Of a DNA stretch of 33,416 nt, positions 7,961-17,065 are shown in pieces. Where the stretch lies: NCBI GenBank assembly GCA_032128375.1, contig JAQBGU010000142.1, positions 1-33,416 on the forward strand. The letters run 5' to 3'. Position 1 is the first letter of the stretch. Each line of letters starts with the position of its first letter. The position numbers were made by a program, and so were the translations under genes. The stretch comes from Deltaproteobacteria bacterium. Lineage in GTDB: Bacteria; Myxococcota_A; UBA9160; SMWR01. The notes under the pieces were generated by a model that searched no databases, was not told the DNA's origin, and saw only the letters and a list, made by a program, of their open reading frames with translations.

Positions 7961-8722
7961 TTAGAAGTGTACGACTGCCGTGCCGGAAGTGGGGCTGACA
8001 TCACGGGCGGAAGCCCGCGATCGCTCAGCGGGCGTTGCAAAGTCGAGTTCGAACCCGCAGCAAAGAACCTCGGAAAACCCGGCGATACAAGCCTGTTCGA
8101 GCGCTCCCGCCTCGGGTTCGCGTCCTAGCTGGGTCAAACTCGTCGCGCCGCTCAACGCGACCCCGGACGCCAGAGAGACTCTTGGGGGATCGGGGACGAC
8201 CCGGATGGAGCCGTGCTGCAACACTCCGCCTGCAACGCGGCGCTGGGCGCTACCCACCAGCTTCCTTCCCCGCACACAGATCTCGTGTCCGGCTGCGCTC
8301 GCAAAACAGTCGAATTCTCTGCTGGGAGCACCGGTTGCTTCCCCAGAGGCCGAATCAGCCCGAACTCCAATGCAATCCAGGGCTGCCAGCAACGCGCGAC
8401 AAACGACCTCGTACGATGCGGACAGCCCGTCGGGCAGCTCCGACGCGCCCGCGAATATCGCGTAGGTCAAGTCGCCGCCATGCAGCACCGCCCGACCACC
8501 GGTCACACGTCGGACGACGCCAACCCCAGCGCGCCTGCACACAGCCACGCGTTCGGAGGAAAGCCGCTGGTTGTAGCCAAGCGACAACCAGGCTCCGTGC
8601 CAGCGATACAGGCGAAGCGTCGGTCGCCCACCCGCCACCACGCTGGCCAGCAGCGCCTCGTCCATCCCCATGTTCCATGGGCCCAGGGCGTGCGCGTCGA
8701 GAATCAGACGCCACCGCTTCAC
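7961..8722 (-). CDS. Lipoate-protein ligase A / octanoyltransferase (LipM-like) family protein
   Basis: NMGMDEALL, PTLRLYRW, VRRVTGGRAVLH, GRKLVGSAQRR and LQHGSI motifs. Confidence 0.9.
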   Translation of the reverse strand: MKRWRLILDAHALGPWNMGMDEALLASVVAGGRPTLRLYRWHGAWLSLGYNQRLSSERVAVCRRAGVGVVRRVTGGRAVLHGGDLTYAIFAGASELPDGLSASYEVVCRALLAALDCIGVRADSASGEATGAPSREFDCFASAAGHEICVRGRKLVGSAQRRVAGGVLQHGSIRVVPDPPRVSLASGVALSGATSLTQLGREPEAGALEQACIAGFSEVLCCGFELDFATPAERSRASARDVSPTSGTAVVHF

Positions 8723-8728
8723 AGGGGG

Positions 8729-9175
8729 CTAGGTACCGAGGTGCTCGAGCAGCGCGTTCAGGCCCAAGCCATAGCCAGTCGGCCCGAATCCGCTAATCAC
8801 GCCCACCGCAATGGGCGAGATGTAGGAATGCCGCCGGAACTCCTCGCGCGCAAAGATATTCGACAGGTGCACCTCGACGACCGGCAGGCGACTGCCAACC
8901 AATGCATCGCGCAAGCTCACGCTGGTGTGGCTGAGCCCTCCCGGGTTGATCACGAAACCATCGGCCCACGTCTGCGCTTCTTGGATCCGGTCGATCAGTG
9001 CGCCTTCGTGATTCGACTGAAAGAACTCGACATCGGCGCCCCACTCTTTCGCGGCCGATTCGAGGTCAGCATTGATCTCCTCGAGCGTGGTGGTGCCGTA
9101 GATCTCGGGCTCGCGCGTGCCGAGCAAATTGAGATTGGGACCGTGAACGACGAGGATCCGCAGTGACTCAGGCAC
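8729..9175 (-). CDS. aroQ: Type II 3-dehydroquinate dehydratase
   Basis: [24 protein letters not shown] and [14 protein letters not shown] motifs. Start GTG 9175 after AGGAGG. Confidence 0.96.
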   Translation of the reverse strand: MPESLRILVVHGPNLNLLGTREPEIYGTTTLEEINADLESAAKEWGADVEFFQSNHEGALIDRIQEAQTWADGFVINPGGLSHTSVSLRDALVGSRLPVVEVHLSNIFAREEFRRHSYISPIAVGVISGFGPTGYGLGLNALLEHLGT

Positions 9176-9221
9176 GGGCGACGACCTCCTGGGGTCTTGC
9201 CCGCCGCTCCCGCGCGAGCTT

Positions 9222-9599
9222 CTACAGTTCGCTGCGGATGGCGAGCATGTGTCGTCGGATGAGATAGCGCGCCTTGCCGAGGTTGCCATCCCGCTCGACA
9301 GCAACGATGAGGAAATTTTCGTCGTCCACCGGCCTGAACACCAGGCTGAATCGAGTGCCCCGGATGATGGTCTCTTCCACTAGACCACCCGCCAACGAGT
9401 CGAAAGTCTTCCGAATATCCTCGAGAATCCGTCCGAACTCTACACCGGCGACGTCCACTTCGAAGTCATTGTCCTCCGCGCCTGCACGGTTTTGAATCGT
9501 GAATTGATCGATCGGGATCCCGTCGTTGCCCATCAGTGCGGCACCGATCCCGCCCCCACACTCCTCGACGATCGTTCGCAACACTGCAGAGAAGTTCAT
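9222..9599 (-). CDS. mglC: Roadblock/LC7 protein, MglC-like
   Basis: MG.DGI and [12 protein letters not shown]...IRSEL resemble Myxococcus MglC as recalled. Lies downstream of pilQ. Confidence 0.8.
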   Translation of the reverse strand: MNFSAVLRTIVEECGGGIGAALMGNDGIPIDQFTIQNRAGAEDNDFEVDVAGVEFGRILEDIRKTFDSLAGGLVEETIIRGTRFSLVFRPVDDENFLIVAVERDGNLGKARYLIRRHMLAIRSEL

Positions 9600-9609
9600 C
9601 GTCCGGGGC

Positions 9610-10287
9610 TCATCGCGCTACTCCTCTCAGATTTGTGAGCCAGCGTTCCAGCTCCATGATCGTGGCGGTTCGGCGGTCTCGAACAGGCGGTTTCGAACGG
9701 CCTGTGATGGCGGGGGGCGAGCCGGCTGGAAAGGCCGTGTTCTGCTCTGATGAACCGACGGATGAACCGACGGATGAACCGATGGATGAACCGATGGATG
9801 AATCGACGAACGCGCGAATTCTCGATGCAGTCGGAGCGTCGCCCTGCCGTTCGAGCAGTTTCGCGACCGTTCGGGTCGCGTAGCTCGCACCGAACTCTAC
9901 GAAGTCGTCCTGCCGGTCTGGGTTCTCGACCCGATCGTGGATCTCCGAGTCAGTCTGGCGGATCGCCCGTTCGGCGATCTCGTCGGCATCCAACATCTGG
10001 CCACGGTCGGATTCCGCGGATTCGAATGCAAGCTCTAGTTCTTGATCAGTAACACCCGCGTCGAACACCAGCTGGGGTTCGATGTGTACGGGTCGTTCGA
10101 CAGGCTTGGCCGCGGCGTACTGTGCGATAACGGCGAGCGCCTGTTCGCTTCGGCCCCGCTCTAACAGTTGACGCGCCAACTGCAGAACCTCATCCGCCGT
10201 GACCGTCGGTTGCGATGGGTCCTGTGTCGACGCGCCCGCCGGCATAGCGGGTTTGTCGAGAGCGAAAAACTTCGTTTTCCCAGTCAT
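9610..10287 (-). CDS. Hypothetical protein with TPR-like helices
   Basis: ATGA overlap with the aroB stop. Contains LARQLLERGRSEQAL, TRTVAKLLERQG and a C-terminal LERWLTNL helix. Confidence 0.7.
   Translation of the reverse strand: MTGKTKFFALDKPAMPAGASTQDPSQPTVTADEVLQLARQLLERGRSEQALAVIAQYAAAKPVERPVHIEPQLVFDAGVTDQELELAFESAESDRGQMLDADEIAERAIRQTDSEIHDRVENPDRQDDFVEFGASYATRTVAKLLERQGDAPTASRIRAFVDSSIGSSIGSSVGSSVGSSEQNTAFPAGSPPAITGRSKPPVRDRRTATIMELERWLTNLRGVAR
9749..9808. repeat. In-frame 12-bp tandem repeat, 5 units (GATGAACCGAYG)
   Basis: Five contiguous units encoding SSIG/SSVG on the minus strand. Confidence 0.95.
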
Positions 10288-11576
10288 CGAACCACCCCCT
10301 GCGTCCCCTTGCTGCGGCCTTTTTTCGCAGTGCGTACCATCGGTCGAAGGATCTCCTTCGGTGATAGCGACACAGTTTGCGCGTTGCCGATTCGCCGCAA
10401 AACCACGAAGTCGATCCGGGAATTGGACATCTTCTTATCGACGCGCAGGGCTTCGAGATAAGCGCTTCGAGGGTAGTCGGGCATCTCGGTCGGCAGACCC
10501 AGCTTCTCACACAGCGAAGCGACCCGGTCGGCGGTGCCCGCGGGGGCCAATTCTAGCGCCTCGGAGCGTTCAGCCGCGAACCGCATCCCCATCGATACGG
10601 CCTCGCCGTGGACCCATCTACGGTATCTGGCGAGTTTTTCGACCGCATGGCCGAGGGTGTGTCCGAAGTTGAGCAGTTTGCGAACACCCCGCTCTGTTTC
10701 GTCCGCGGACACCACCTGGGCCTTGATCTCACAAGATCGACTCAATGCGGGGATCAGTACGCGGGGGTCCAGATCGAGCAACCCCTGCGGATTGCACTCC
10801 AGGCTCTCGAAGTACGCCGTGTCCCAGATCGCTCCGTGCTTGACCACTTCAGCCAGACCCGCAGCGCGCTGACGTGGGGGCAACGAGCGGAGCGTCGCGA
10901 TGTCCATCCAGACCATTCGCGGCTGATAGAACGCGCCAATCAGGTTCTTCCCTTGCGGTACGTTGATGGCGACTTTTCCGCCGATACTGGCATCCGCCAT
11001 CGCCAGAATGGTCGTCGGAACCTGTACGAACGGAACTCCGCGCAAGTAGGAAGCCGCAGCGAAGCCCGCCAGGTCTCCGACCATCCCGCCACCGAGCGCG
11101 ATGACAGGAGTGTTCCGGTCGGCCCCGAAGTCGATCATCTGGTTCCAGATACCCTGCAGTATGCGAAGGCTTTTGCTGGTATCTCCATCAGGTACCGTGA
11201 TGCGGCGAACGCGGTATCCGGCCTCCTGGAGCGAGCGGTGCAACTTCGCGCCATAGCGGCGACCGACGCCCGGAACCGTGACCACTACGGCCCGACTCGA
11301 GGGAGCGGCTCGGTAGATCGCGCGCCCTGCCCGTTCGAGTGTGCCGACCCCGATATGGATCGAATAACTACGATCGCCCAGTTCGACTCGAATGGTCCGC
11401 GCGCGGCTTGTAGTGCGCTGAGTCGTGCGGTGAGTCGTGCGGTGAGTCGTGCGGTGAGTCGTGCGGTGAGTCGTGCGGTGAGTCGTCCCGTGAGTAGTGC
11501 CGTTGCTCGTGCCGTTGCTCGTGCCGTTAGCCGTGCCGGAAGCCGTGCCGTGACCCGTACCGTGTGCCGGTCTCAC
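10284..11576 (-). CDS. aroB: 3-dehydroquinate synthase with repetitive N-terminal extension
   Basis: ALGGGMVGDLAGF, QVPTTILAMADASIGGK, KNLIGAFYQP and LNFGHTLGHA motifs. GTGA overlap with the aroK stop. Confidence 0.95.
   Translation of the reverse strand: MRPAHGTGHGTASGTANGTSNGTSNGTTHGTTHRTTHRTTHRTTHRTTHRTTQRTTSRARTIRVELGDRSYSIHIGVGTLERAGRAIYRAAPSSRAVVVTVPGVGRRYGAKLHRSLQEAGYRVRRITVPDGDTSKSLRILQGIWNQMIDFGADRNTPVIALGGGMVGDLAGFAAASYLRGVPFVQVPTTILAMADASIGGKVAINVPQGKNLIGAFYQPRMVWMDIATLRSLPPRQRAAGLAEVVKHGAIWDTAYFESLECNPQGLLDLDPRVLIPALSRSCEIKAQVVSADETERGVRKLLNFGHTLGHAVEKLARYRRWVHGEAVSMGMRFAAERSEALELAPAGTADRVASLCEKLGLPTEMPDYPRSAYLEALRVDKKMSNSRIDFVVLRRIGNAQTVSLSPKEILRPMVRTAKKGRSKGTQGVVR
11410..11565. 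repeat. In-frame 12-bp tandem repeat, 13 units (core GTCGTGCGGTGA x5 identical)
   Basis: Counted directly. Encodes HGTG/HGTA/SGTA/NGTS/HRTT-type units. Confidence 0.95.
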
Positions 11577-12127
11577 GGTGCGATTCCTGCTGATCCCGTC
11601 GCTCCGACGAGTCCCCGAGCGATTTCGTCGACGACGCGTCGCACCGGAACGCCATCGGTGACCACCACGAGGCTGGCCGACAGGTACGCGGCGTGGCGAG
11701 TCTCGAGCAATTCGGTCAGCCGCGCAGCGCGGGCCCGACCGTCCAGGTCACGCAGCAGTGGCCGAGTCGCGCAATCGCCCAGCCTGCGGATCAACGTCGG
11801 AACGCTGGCGCTCAGGTAGACGACCGTTCCCGATCGACCCAGCAGATCGGTCGCACCGGGTTGAGCGATTGCGCCCCCACCCAGGGCGACAACGTCATCG
11901 CCGTCGCACAGCGATTCAATGATTTCTCGCTCGCGTGCGCGAAAAATCCCCTCCCCATCACTCTCGAAGATCTCCGCGACGGTCCTTTGCATCGAGCGTT
12001 CGATCTCCGCGTCGGTATCGACGAAACGTCGCCCGAGCCGCTGAGCCAATAGAGGACCGATCGCAGACTTCCCTGCGCCCATCATTCCCACCAGCCAGAT
12101 CGGGCCTCCCCTCATCGCGGGAGACAA
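11573..12127 (-). CDS. aroK: Shikimate kinase
   Basis: GMMGAGKS P-loop, FVDTDAEIE, GEGIFRARE, ALGGGA and RPLL motifs. The start may be ATG 12115. Confidence 0.95.
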   Translation of the reverse strand: MSPAMRGGPIWLVGMMGAGKSAIGPLLAQRLGRRFVDTDAEIERSMQRTVAEIFESDGEGIFRAREREIIESLCDGDDVVALGGGAIAQPGATDLLGRSGTVVYLSASVPTLIRRLGDCATRPLLRDLDGRARAARLTELLETRHAAYLSASLVVVTDGVPVRRVVDEIARGLVGATGSAGIAP

Positions 12128-12181
12128 TATAGATGAATCGGGGTCCGGGGCCCCACAGCGCCTGACCAGAATCGAACCAAC

Positions 12182-12210
12182 AAAACGAGGGGGCCACAGG
12201 CCCCCCCGTT
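12182..12210 (-). terminator. Intrinsic terminator after pilQ
   Basis: Minus strand reads AACGGGGGGGCC-TGT-GGCCCCCTCGTT followed by TTGTT. Confidence 0.7.
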
Positions 12211-12270
12211 CTGGAATTCAGCCTGGTTCCGTCCCAAGACGGCCCAGCTGCACCGGTTAGCCGGTTCGAA

Positions 12271-15267
12271 TCAGAAATCCCCGTCACTGGTCTGGATGAC
12301 CCTCGGAGTCACGAAGATCAGCAACTCCTTGCGGCTCTCGCTGTGCTCGTCGCTCCGGAAGGCCGCCCCGATGATCGGAATACTGTGCAGGTACGGCACC
12401 CGGGATTGTCGATCGGACTTCTCAATGACATAGATTCCGCCGAGCACCAGCGTCTGGCCGTCCTTGACCAGCGTCTCTGTCTTCACCTGGTTCTTCGCGA
12501 TCGCAGGAGACCCCGTCAGTGTAAATACGCTGGTATCTGGCGCATTCCGGTTCACCGAGATTTTCATGATGATGCTCTTGTCCGCGGTGATGTGAGGCGT
12601 GACCTGCAACTTCAACACGGCGTCTACGAACTCGAGCTGTGCGTCACCGTTCTCGAATGTCTGGAACGGAATCGACACGCCTTGTTCGATCGAAGCCTGG
12701 CTGTTGTCGAGCGTCACGACGCGTGGACTCGAAATCACCTTGCCATCACCGTTGACCTCCGCCGCCTGCAACTGCAGCTCGAGGTTCAACTTCTGGTCCA
12801 GCAAGAATGCAGCCATGTTGAACAACCCAGTCGGATTTGCGGTGATCGGATTACTGAACACCGCGTTGTTCCCAAAGAAATTCGAATTGGACGAGTTGTG
12901 AAAGTTGAAATCGCTGCCGCCCAGATCCGTGCGATCAGCACTCGAACTATCGAACCCATCGACCAACGGCTGCGCACCCAAGCCCCATTGCGCGCCGAAC
13001 TCACGAGAGAAATCCAGGCTGGCCTCGACGATCTTTGCCTCGATCAGCACCTGCGGTGTCTGGGTATCGATCGCTTTGATCAGCGCAGTCGCCTCGTCGA
13101 TGACCGAAGGAATGTCCTTCAAGATCAGCGTATTGGTACGCGTGTCGACGTTCACCGAGCCGCGCGGAGAGAGCAGCTGCCCGACCATGCCCGAGACCTG
13201 TCCGACGTCCGCGTAGTTGACCGGCTGGAGTTTCACGACCAGGTCTTCGAGCTTCTCTTTCGCTCGGCGCTCCTGGAGACGCATCTCCTCTTCCTGCGCA
13301 ATCACAGTCGCGGGCGCAATCCGCAACACATTGCCGATTCGCATGAATCCCAGGCCCTTGGTCAGCAGGACCACATCGAGAGCCTGGTCCCACGGAACAT
13401 CGACCAGTCGAATCGTGACCTTGCCTTTGACCTCGTCACCAGCGATCACGTTCAGCTCAGAGACCTCGGCGATGAGCCGCAAGACATCCGTAATATCGAC
13501 GTCCTTGAAATCCAACGAGATCCGACGTCCGGTGTAAACCTTTCCGTCGATCAAGCCCCCCTCTGTAAGGACATCGATCGACGCGCCCGGCTCCTCGGAC
13601 GCCGGCGTCGGGGCAAACACAGCATTGGGCATGTTGGCACTGGCATACCTGGAATCGTATTCCAGGTCACCCGATTCGGGCGCGGCCGCAACGCTCTCAC
13701 CCGGTACGCCCGCAGCACTCACCTCCGACACATTCGACCCACTCAAAGCCGCGAGTTCCTCGGCCTCAGCAGTCATCAGCGGCGGCGTTGCCGCCACTTC
13801 ACCCGTCCGCGGAAAATCGATGACCAGCAACGATCCACTCCGGCTGATTTCCGGCACGAGATTGGGCGCGCGTTGCACCACCACTCGGACCTGCGGATGA
13901 TCGAGTTCCGGCTGCCCGAACGCCGTCACCAGCGACACGGGCCCACCCACCTCGGGCGCAATCCTGATCGCAGCCTTCGGGTCGATCCGGCTTCGCTCGA
14001 TACTGATGATCACGGTATCGGGCGTGGGTTCGAACACGACGTACTCGAGCGCCCGGTCTCCCAGCACTACGATTCGATCGCGTGTCTTCTGAGAATCGAA
14101 CTCGATGCCATAGACCGTCGCAAACGCCGCGTCCATCTCGATGGTCTCGGTCGCAAACGCGTCGGGCGTCACATCCGTGACCTCGGTCATCACCGTAATT
14201 TCGGGGATTTCGTGCATCGTCGTGTCGCCAACATCGACCGGCTCAGCGCTGGGCTCGACCGCGGCTGCGTGCATGGCCGGATCTTCCAGCCGCGCCACCA
14301 CTGCAGACACCGATGTTGCACGCGCCAGCGCAGCGTCGATTCCATCGCCTCGACCCAACGCGACCATCAAGCCAGCGTGCGTGGGCACTACCCGCCTTCC
14401 ATCAAACGGCGAATCTGCATAGCCAGCGTCGATGACGACTCGCAGTTTGTCGGCGTGCTGTCCGATGCGAACTTTCGCGGCTTCCGGCGAGCCGATCTCG
14501 ACCGATTCGAGATCGGCGGCGAGAAACAGGGCTTCCAAATCGATGACCAGACGATCCGGATCATCGAGCGTGAATGTCACGACGTTTCCGATCAAACCAT
14601 CGGCCAGGATCCGCACCAGCGTGCCATCGGCCGTCTGCTCCGCCCCGATCTGTGTAACCTTCGTGGCCGGAATCGCCGGTGCCACTGCGAATCCAACGGG
14701 CGGATCTTCCGGGTTGTGCGACCAACGGTCATCGGCTGCCGTCCGATCCGGAGCCGGATCAGCTGCTGGATCCGCGAATCGCTCACTGGCGGGACCGCTC
14801 AGATCCGTGGGCAGGCCAGCCAGAATTCGAATCTCGAGACCCCCTGCAACCGGTTGGATCTTGTACTCTGCCGGAGCGTCGAGTTGGATCTCGACACGAG
14901 CCGTCGGATCACCGGAGCTGCTTTCATGCGGTACAGCATGAATCTCGGTCACGAGACCGTCGTTGACCGAAATACTCTCGACCGCCGAACCGAGATCAGC
15001 CGACATGACGTCCACGATCACCCGGTCCGGATCCGTTTGTGCGAACGCCGTGAACACGGGCTGAAACACGCCCGATAGCATCACCACTGTGTCCCCACCT
15101 TCCCGATCGACGCGTATCTCTGTAATCGTCTCGACGAGAGACAACGATTGGTCCGCGTTGATCTGAGTGCCCGCACAGGCCATGACTCCCACGGCCCAAC
15201 CAACAGCACAGAACAGCGTCGCAGCAATCCGAAATTGCCCGCTTCTATTTGCCAGCATCGAACTCAT
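12271..15267 (-). CDS. pilQ: Type IV pilus secretin PilQ with AMIN domains
   Basis: AMIN repeats (PDRVIVDV, PDRLVIDL), N0 domain ISLDFKDVDI..VPWDQALD, secretin domain QVLIEAKIVE, and KELLIFVTPRVI. Confidence 0.96.
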   Translation of the reverse strand: MSSMLANRSGQFRIAATLFCAVGWAVGVMACAGTQINADQSLSLVETITEIRVDREGGDTVVMLSGVFQPVFTAFAQTDPDRVIVDVMSADLGSAVESISVNDGLVTEIHAVPHESSSGDPTARVEIQLDAPAEYKIQPVAGGLEIRILAGLPTDLSGPASERFADPAADPAPDRTAADDRWSHNPEDPPVGFAVAPAIPATKVTQIGAEQTADGTLVRILADGLIGNVVTFTLDDPDRLVIDLEALFLAADLESVEIGSPEAAKVRIGQHADKLRVVIDAGYADSPFDGRRVVPTHAGLMVALGRGDGIDAALARATSVSAVVARLEDPAMHAAAVEPSAEPVDVGDTTMHEIPEITVMTEVTDVTPDAFATETIEMDAAFATVYGIEFDSQKTRDRIVVLGDRALEYVVFEPTPDTVIISIERSRIDPKAAIRIAPEVGGPVSLVTAFGQPELDHPQVRVVVQRAPNLVPEISRSGSLLVIDFPRTGEVAATPPLMTAEAEELAALSGSNVSEVSAAGVPGESVAAAPESGDLEYDSRYASANMPNAVFAPTPASEEPGASIDVLTEGGLIDGKVYTGRRISLDFKDVDITDVLRLIAEVSELNVIAGDEVKGKVTIRLVDVPWDQALDVVLLTKGLGFMRIGNVLRIAPATVIAQEEEMRLQERRAKEKLEDLVVKLQPVNYADVGQVSGMVGQLLSPRGSVNVDTRTNTLILKDIPSVIDEATALIKAIDTQTPQVLIEAKIVEASLDFSREFGAQWGLGAQPLVDGFDSSSADRTDLGGSDFNFHNSSNSNFFGNNAVFSNPITANPTGLFNMAAFLLDQKLNLELQLQAAEVNGDGKVISSPRVVTLDNSQASIEQGVSIPFQTFENGDAQLEFVDAVLKLQVTPHITADKSIIMKISVNRNAPDTSVFTLTGSPAIAKNQVKTETLVKDGQTLVLGGIYVIEKSDRQSRVPYLHSIPIIGAAFRSDEHSESRKELLIFVTPRVIQTSDGDF

Positions 15268-15827
15268 CCCCCCTCACTCCGACGAATCCTCATCTCAACG
15301 TCCTGCTTCGTCTCGTGACCCAAGTAATCGACATAGGTTTCCTTCACGATGACCAAGTTGTCATCGATCCCGACTACCGTGCCGTCGTTCTTTCCAACAC
15401 GCGCACCTACACCAACGATGTAACTCTGACCGGATGGATCATGAACCAGGGCGCGCGCGCTTCCTGTCTTCCAAACGACCGCCACTACATTCAACTGACT
15501 CAAGTCGAACTGTTCGAGCGGGCCGCCCACCTCGAGGCCCAGGAGTTCCTCACTCTTCCACTCGAACGAACGAAACGGATCGCGCATCGTGACCGGGTCG
15601 TACTTGATACTCCCGCTCGAAAGAAGAAAGCCGTCTGCACCCACACTGGCGACAGCGGGTGTCGTGGCCCGAGCCGGTGCGGACTTCTTCTCCTGACGCG
15701 CCTCCACCCGCTTTACCAGCTTCTCTCGCTCGTTCGCAAAGTCAGTTGCGGTCGGAACGTTCTGCTCCTGCTGACATCCTGCCAGCAGCAGAAACACCAT
15801 CGATACCGCGATCGCTGCTATCTTCAC
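15264..15827 (-). CDS. pilP: Type IV pilus lipoprotein PilP
   Basis: Lipobox LAGC, RDPF and PLEQFDLSQL motifs. Start GTG 15827 preferred (ORF open from 15869). Confidence 0.92.
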   Translation of the reverse strand: MKIAAIAVSMVFLLLAGCQQEQNVPTATDFANEREKLVKRVEARQEKKSAPARATTPAVASVGADGFLLSSGSIKYDPVTMRDPFRSFEWKSEELLGLEVGGPLEQFDLSQLNVVAVVWKTGSARALVHDPSGQSYIVGVGARVGKNDGTVVGIDDNLVIVKETYVDYLGHETKQDVEMRIRRSEGG

Positions 15828-15872
15828 GTTGCCCCCCGGTCCAACTTCAGTACGAGTGCTCGAGAACACGGG

Positions 15873-16466
15873 CTACGCCCCAGAGCCCACGAATCGAAAC
15901 GTGGTCGCGGTGCCTGATACGCTGAGCCGGGTTCCTTCGAGCTTGTCCCGGGCAACCTTGACCTGCAGGGCACCCATATTCACGATACGAGGCAGCTTCG
16001 CCATCAGCTCAAAGAACTTTCCAATCTCGTGGTACTCGCCTTCGAGTACCAGATCGATCGGAACCTCGGCGTAGAAGTCATAGGGCACTTCAGCGTTTCG
16101 TTTGAATGATCGGATCTCGACCCCCGCCTTCTTTCCGAGGTTGCTGATGTCGGTCAGCAGGACTTCGAGTTGCTTCTCGTTGGGCAGCTGCAGAAGTGCG
16201 ACCTCCAATTTGGCCTCGAGCCCCTCGATCTCCTCTTCGAACGCCGCGATGTTCGCAGCGACCGAGCGCACTTCGCTCAGCTTTCGCTGCAATTCCAGCT
16301 CCTGGGCGTGGAGACGGTCGAGTTCTTCACTTCTCTCTTGATAGAAGCCAAAGTAGTATCCAGCCCCCATCAGGATGGATAGGCAAACCACGATTCCAAT
16401 CCGCGCTGCCTTCGGAAGCCTGCCGAGTTGGTCGAGCTTTGCTTGAAGTTGTGGGTTCATTTCCAT
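15873..16466 (-). CDS. pilO: Type IV pilus protein PilO
   Basis: TM helix plus coiled coil, QLPNEKQ, FYAEVPI and GEYHEIGKFF..MAKLPRIVN motifs. Confidence 0.95.
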   Translation of the reverse strand: MEMNPQLQAKLDQLGRLPKAARIGIVVCLSILMGAGYYFGFYQERSEELDRLHAQELELQRKLSEVRSVAANIAAFEEEIEGLEAKLEVALLQLPNEKQLEVLLTDISNLGKKAGVEIRSFKRNAEVPYDFYAEVPIDLVLEGEYHEIGKFFELMAKLPRIVNMGALQVKVARDKLEGTRLSVSGTATTFRFVGSGA

Positions 16467-16480
16467 GATTGCGTCCTTTC

Positions 16481-17065
16481 CTAGGCCGCTTTCGGAGCTT
16501 CGGCAGTTTCGGGGGTTTCGGGACTTTCCGGGTTCGCCAACACTGCCCTGATCTTGAAACTGACGAGCCTCAGCGCGCCCTCTTTGAGCTTGGTGTTGTC
16601 CAGATCGACGTCCTTGAAGAACGGCGACTGACCCAGACTGCTCAGAAACAGCGCCACCAGGTCGTTGTCGAGACTCAGGCCCTCCATGAAGATCTGACCG
16701 TCTTTGGTGGACAGATTGGTAAGCCAGAGCCGTTCCGGTATCCGATTCGCCAGGTCGTTCAGTACCTGGACGGGGCCGCTGCGAGCACGGTCGAGGTCAG
16801 CGATGATCTTGATCTTCTTCTCGAGTTCGGCCTTCTGTTTCCGGAACGCTGCCACCTTCTCGAGCTGCGGCTTGAACTGGTCGATGTCGCGCTTCATCTG
16901 ATCCACGCGCGCGTTCGACAGCGCGATCTCTTCTGAGATCCGCGAGTGTACGAAGGCAATGCCTGAGCCGACCAGAACCAGCATCAGCAGGCCCTGCATC
17001 AACAGTTGGCGCACATCTTCTTTGCGACGCGCCTCACGGATCGGGAGTAGATTGATATTCAGCAT
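16481..17065 (-). CDS. pilN: Type IV pilus protein PilN
   Basis: N-terminal INLLP motif, TM helix and IPERLWL. Confidence 0.95.
   Translation of the reverse strand: MLNINLLPIREARRKEDVRQLLMQGLLMLVLVGSGIAFVHSRISEEIALSNARVDQMKRDIDQFKPQLEKVAAFRKQKAELEKKIKIIADLDRARSGPVQVLNDLANRIPERLWLTNLSTKDGQIFMEGLSLDNDLVALFLSSLGQSPFFKDVDLDNTKLKEGALRLVSFKIRAVLANPESPETPETAEAPKAA

Noticed and set aside
9176..9304. N-terminal extensions given in the ORF track for aroQ (also ABM, pilT, pilP and DUF4345)
   Set aside because: Downstream starts with good SD sequences match family N-termini. Some of the extensions overlap neighbouring genes.
11410..11565. CRISPR array (also considered for 9749-9808)
   Set aside because: Contiguous 12-bp units with no spacers, in frame within genes, and no cas genes nearby.
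12343..15078. 911-aa plus-strand ORF antisense to pilQ
   Set aside because: Shadow ORF expected from high-GC codon bias. No domain-like features.
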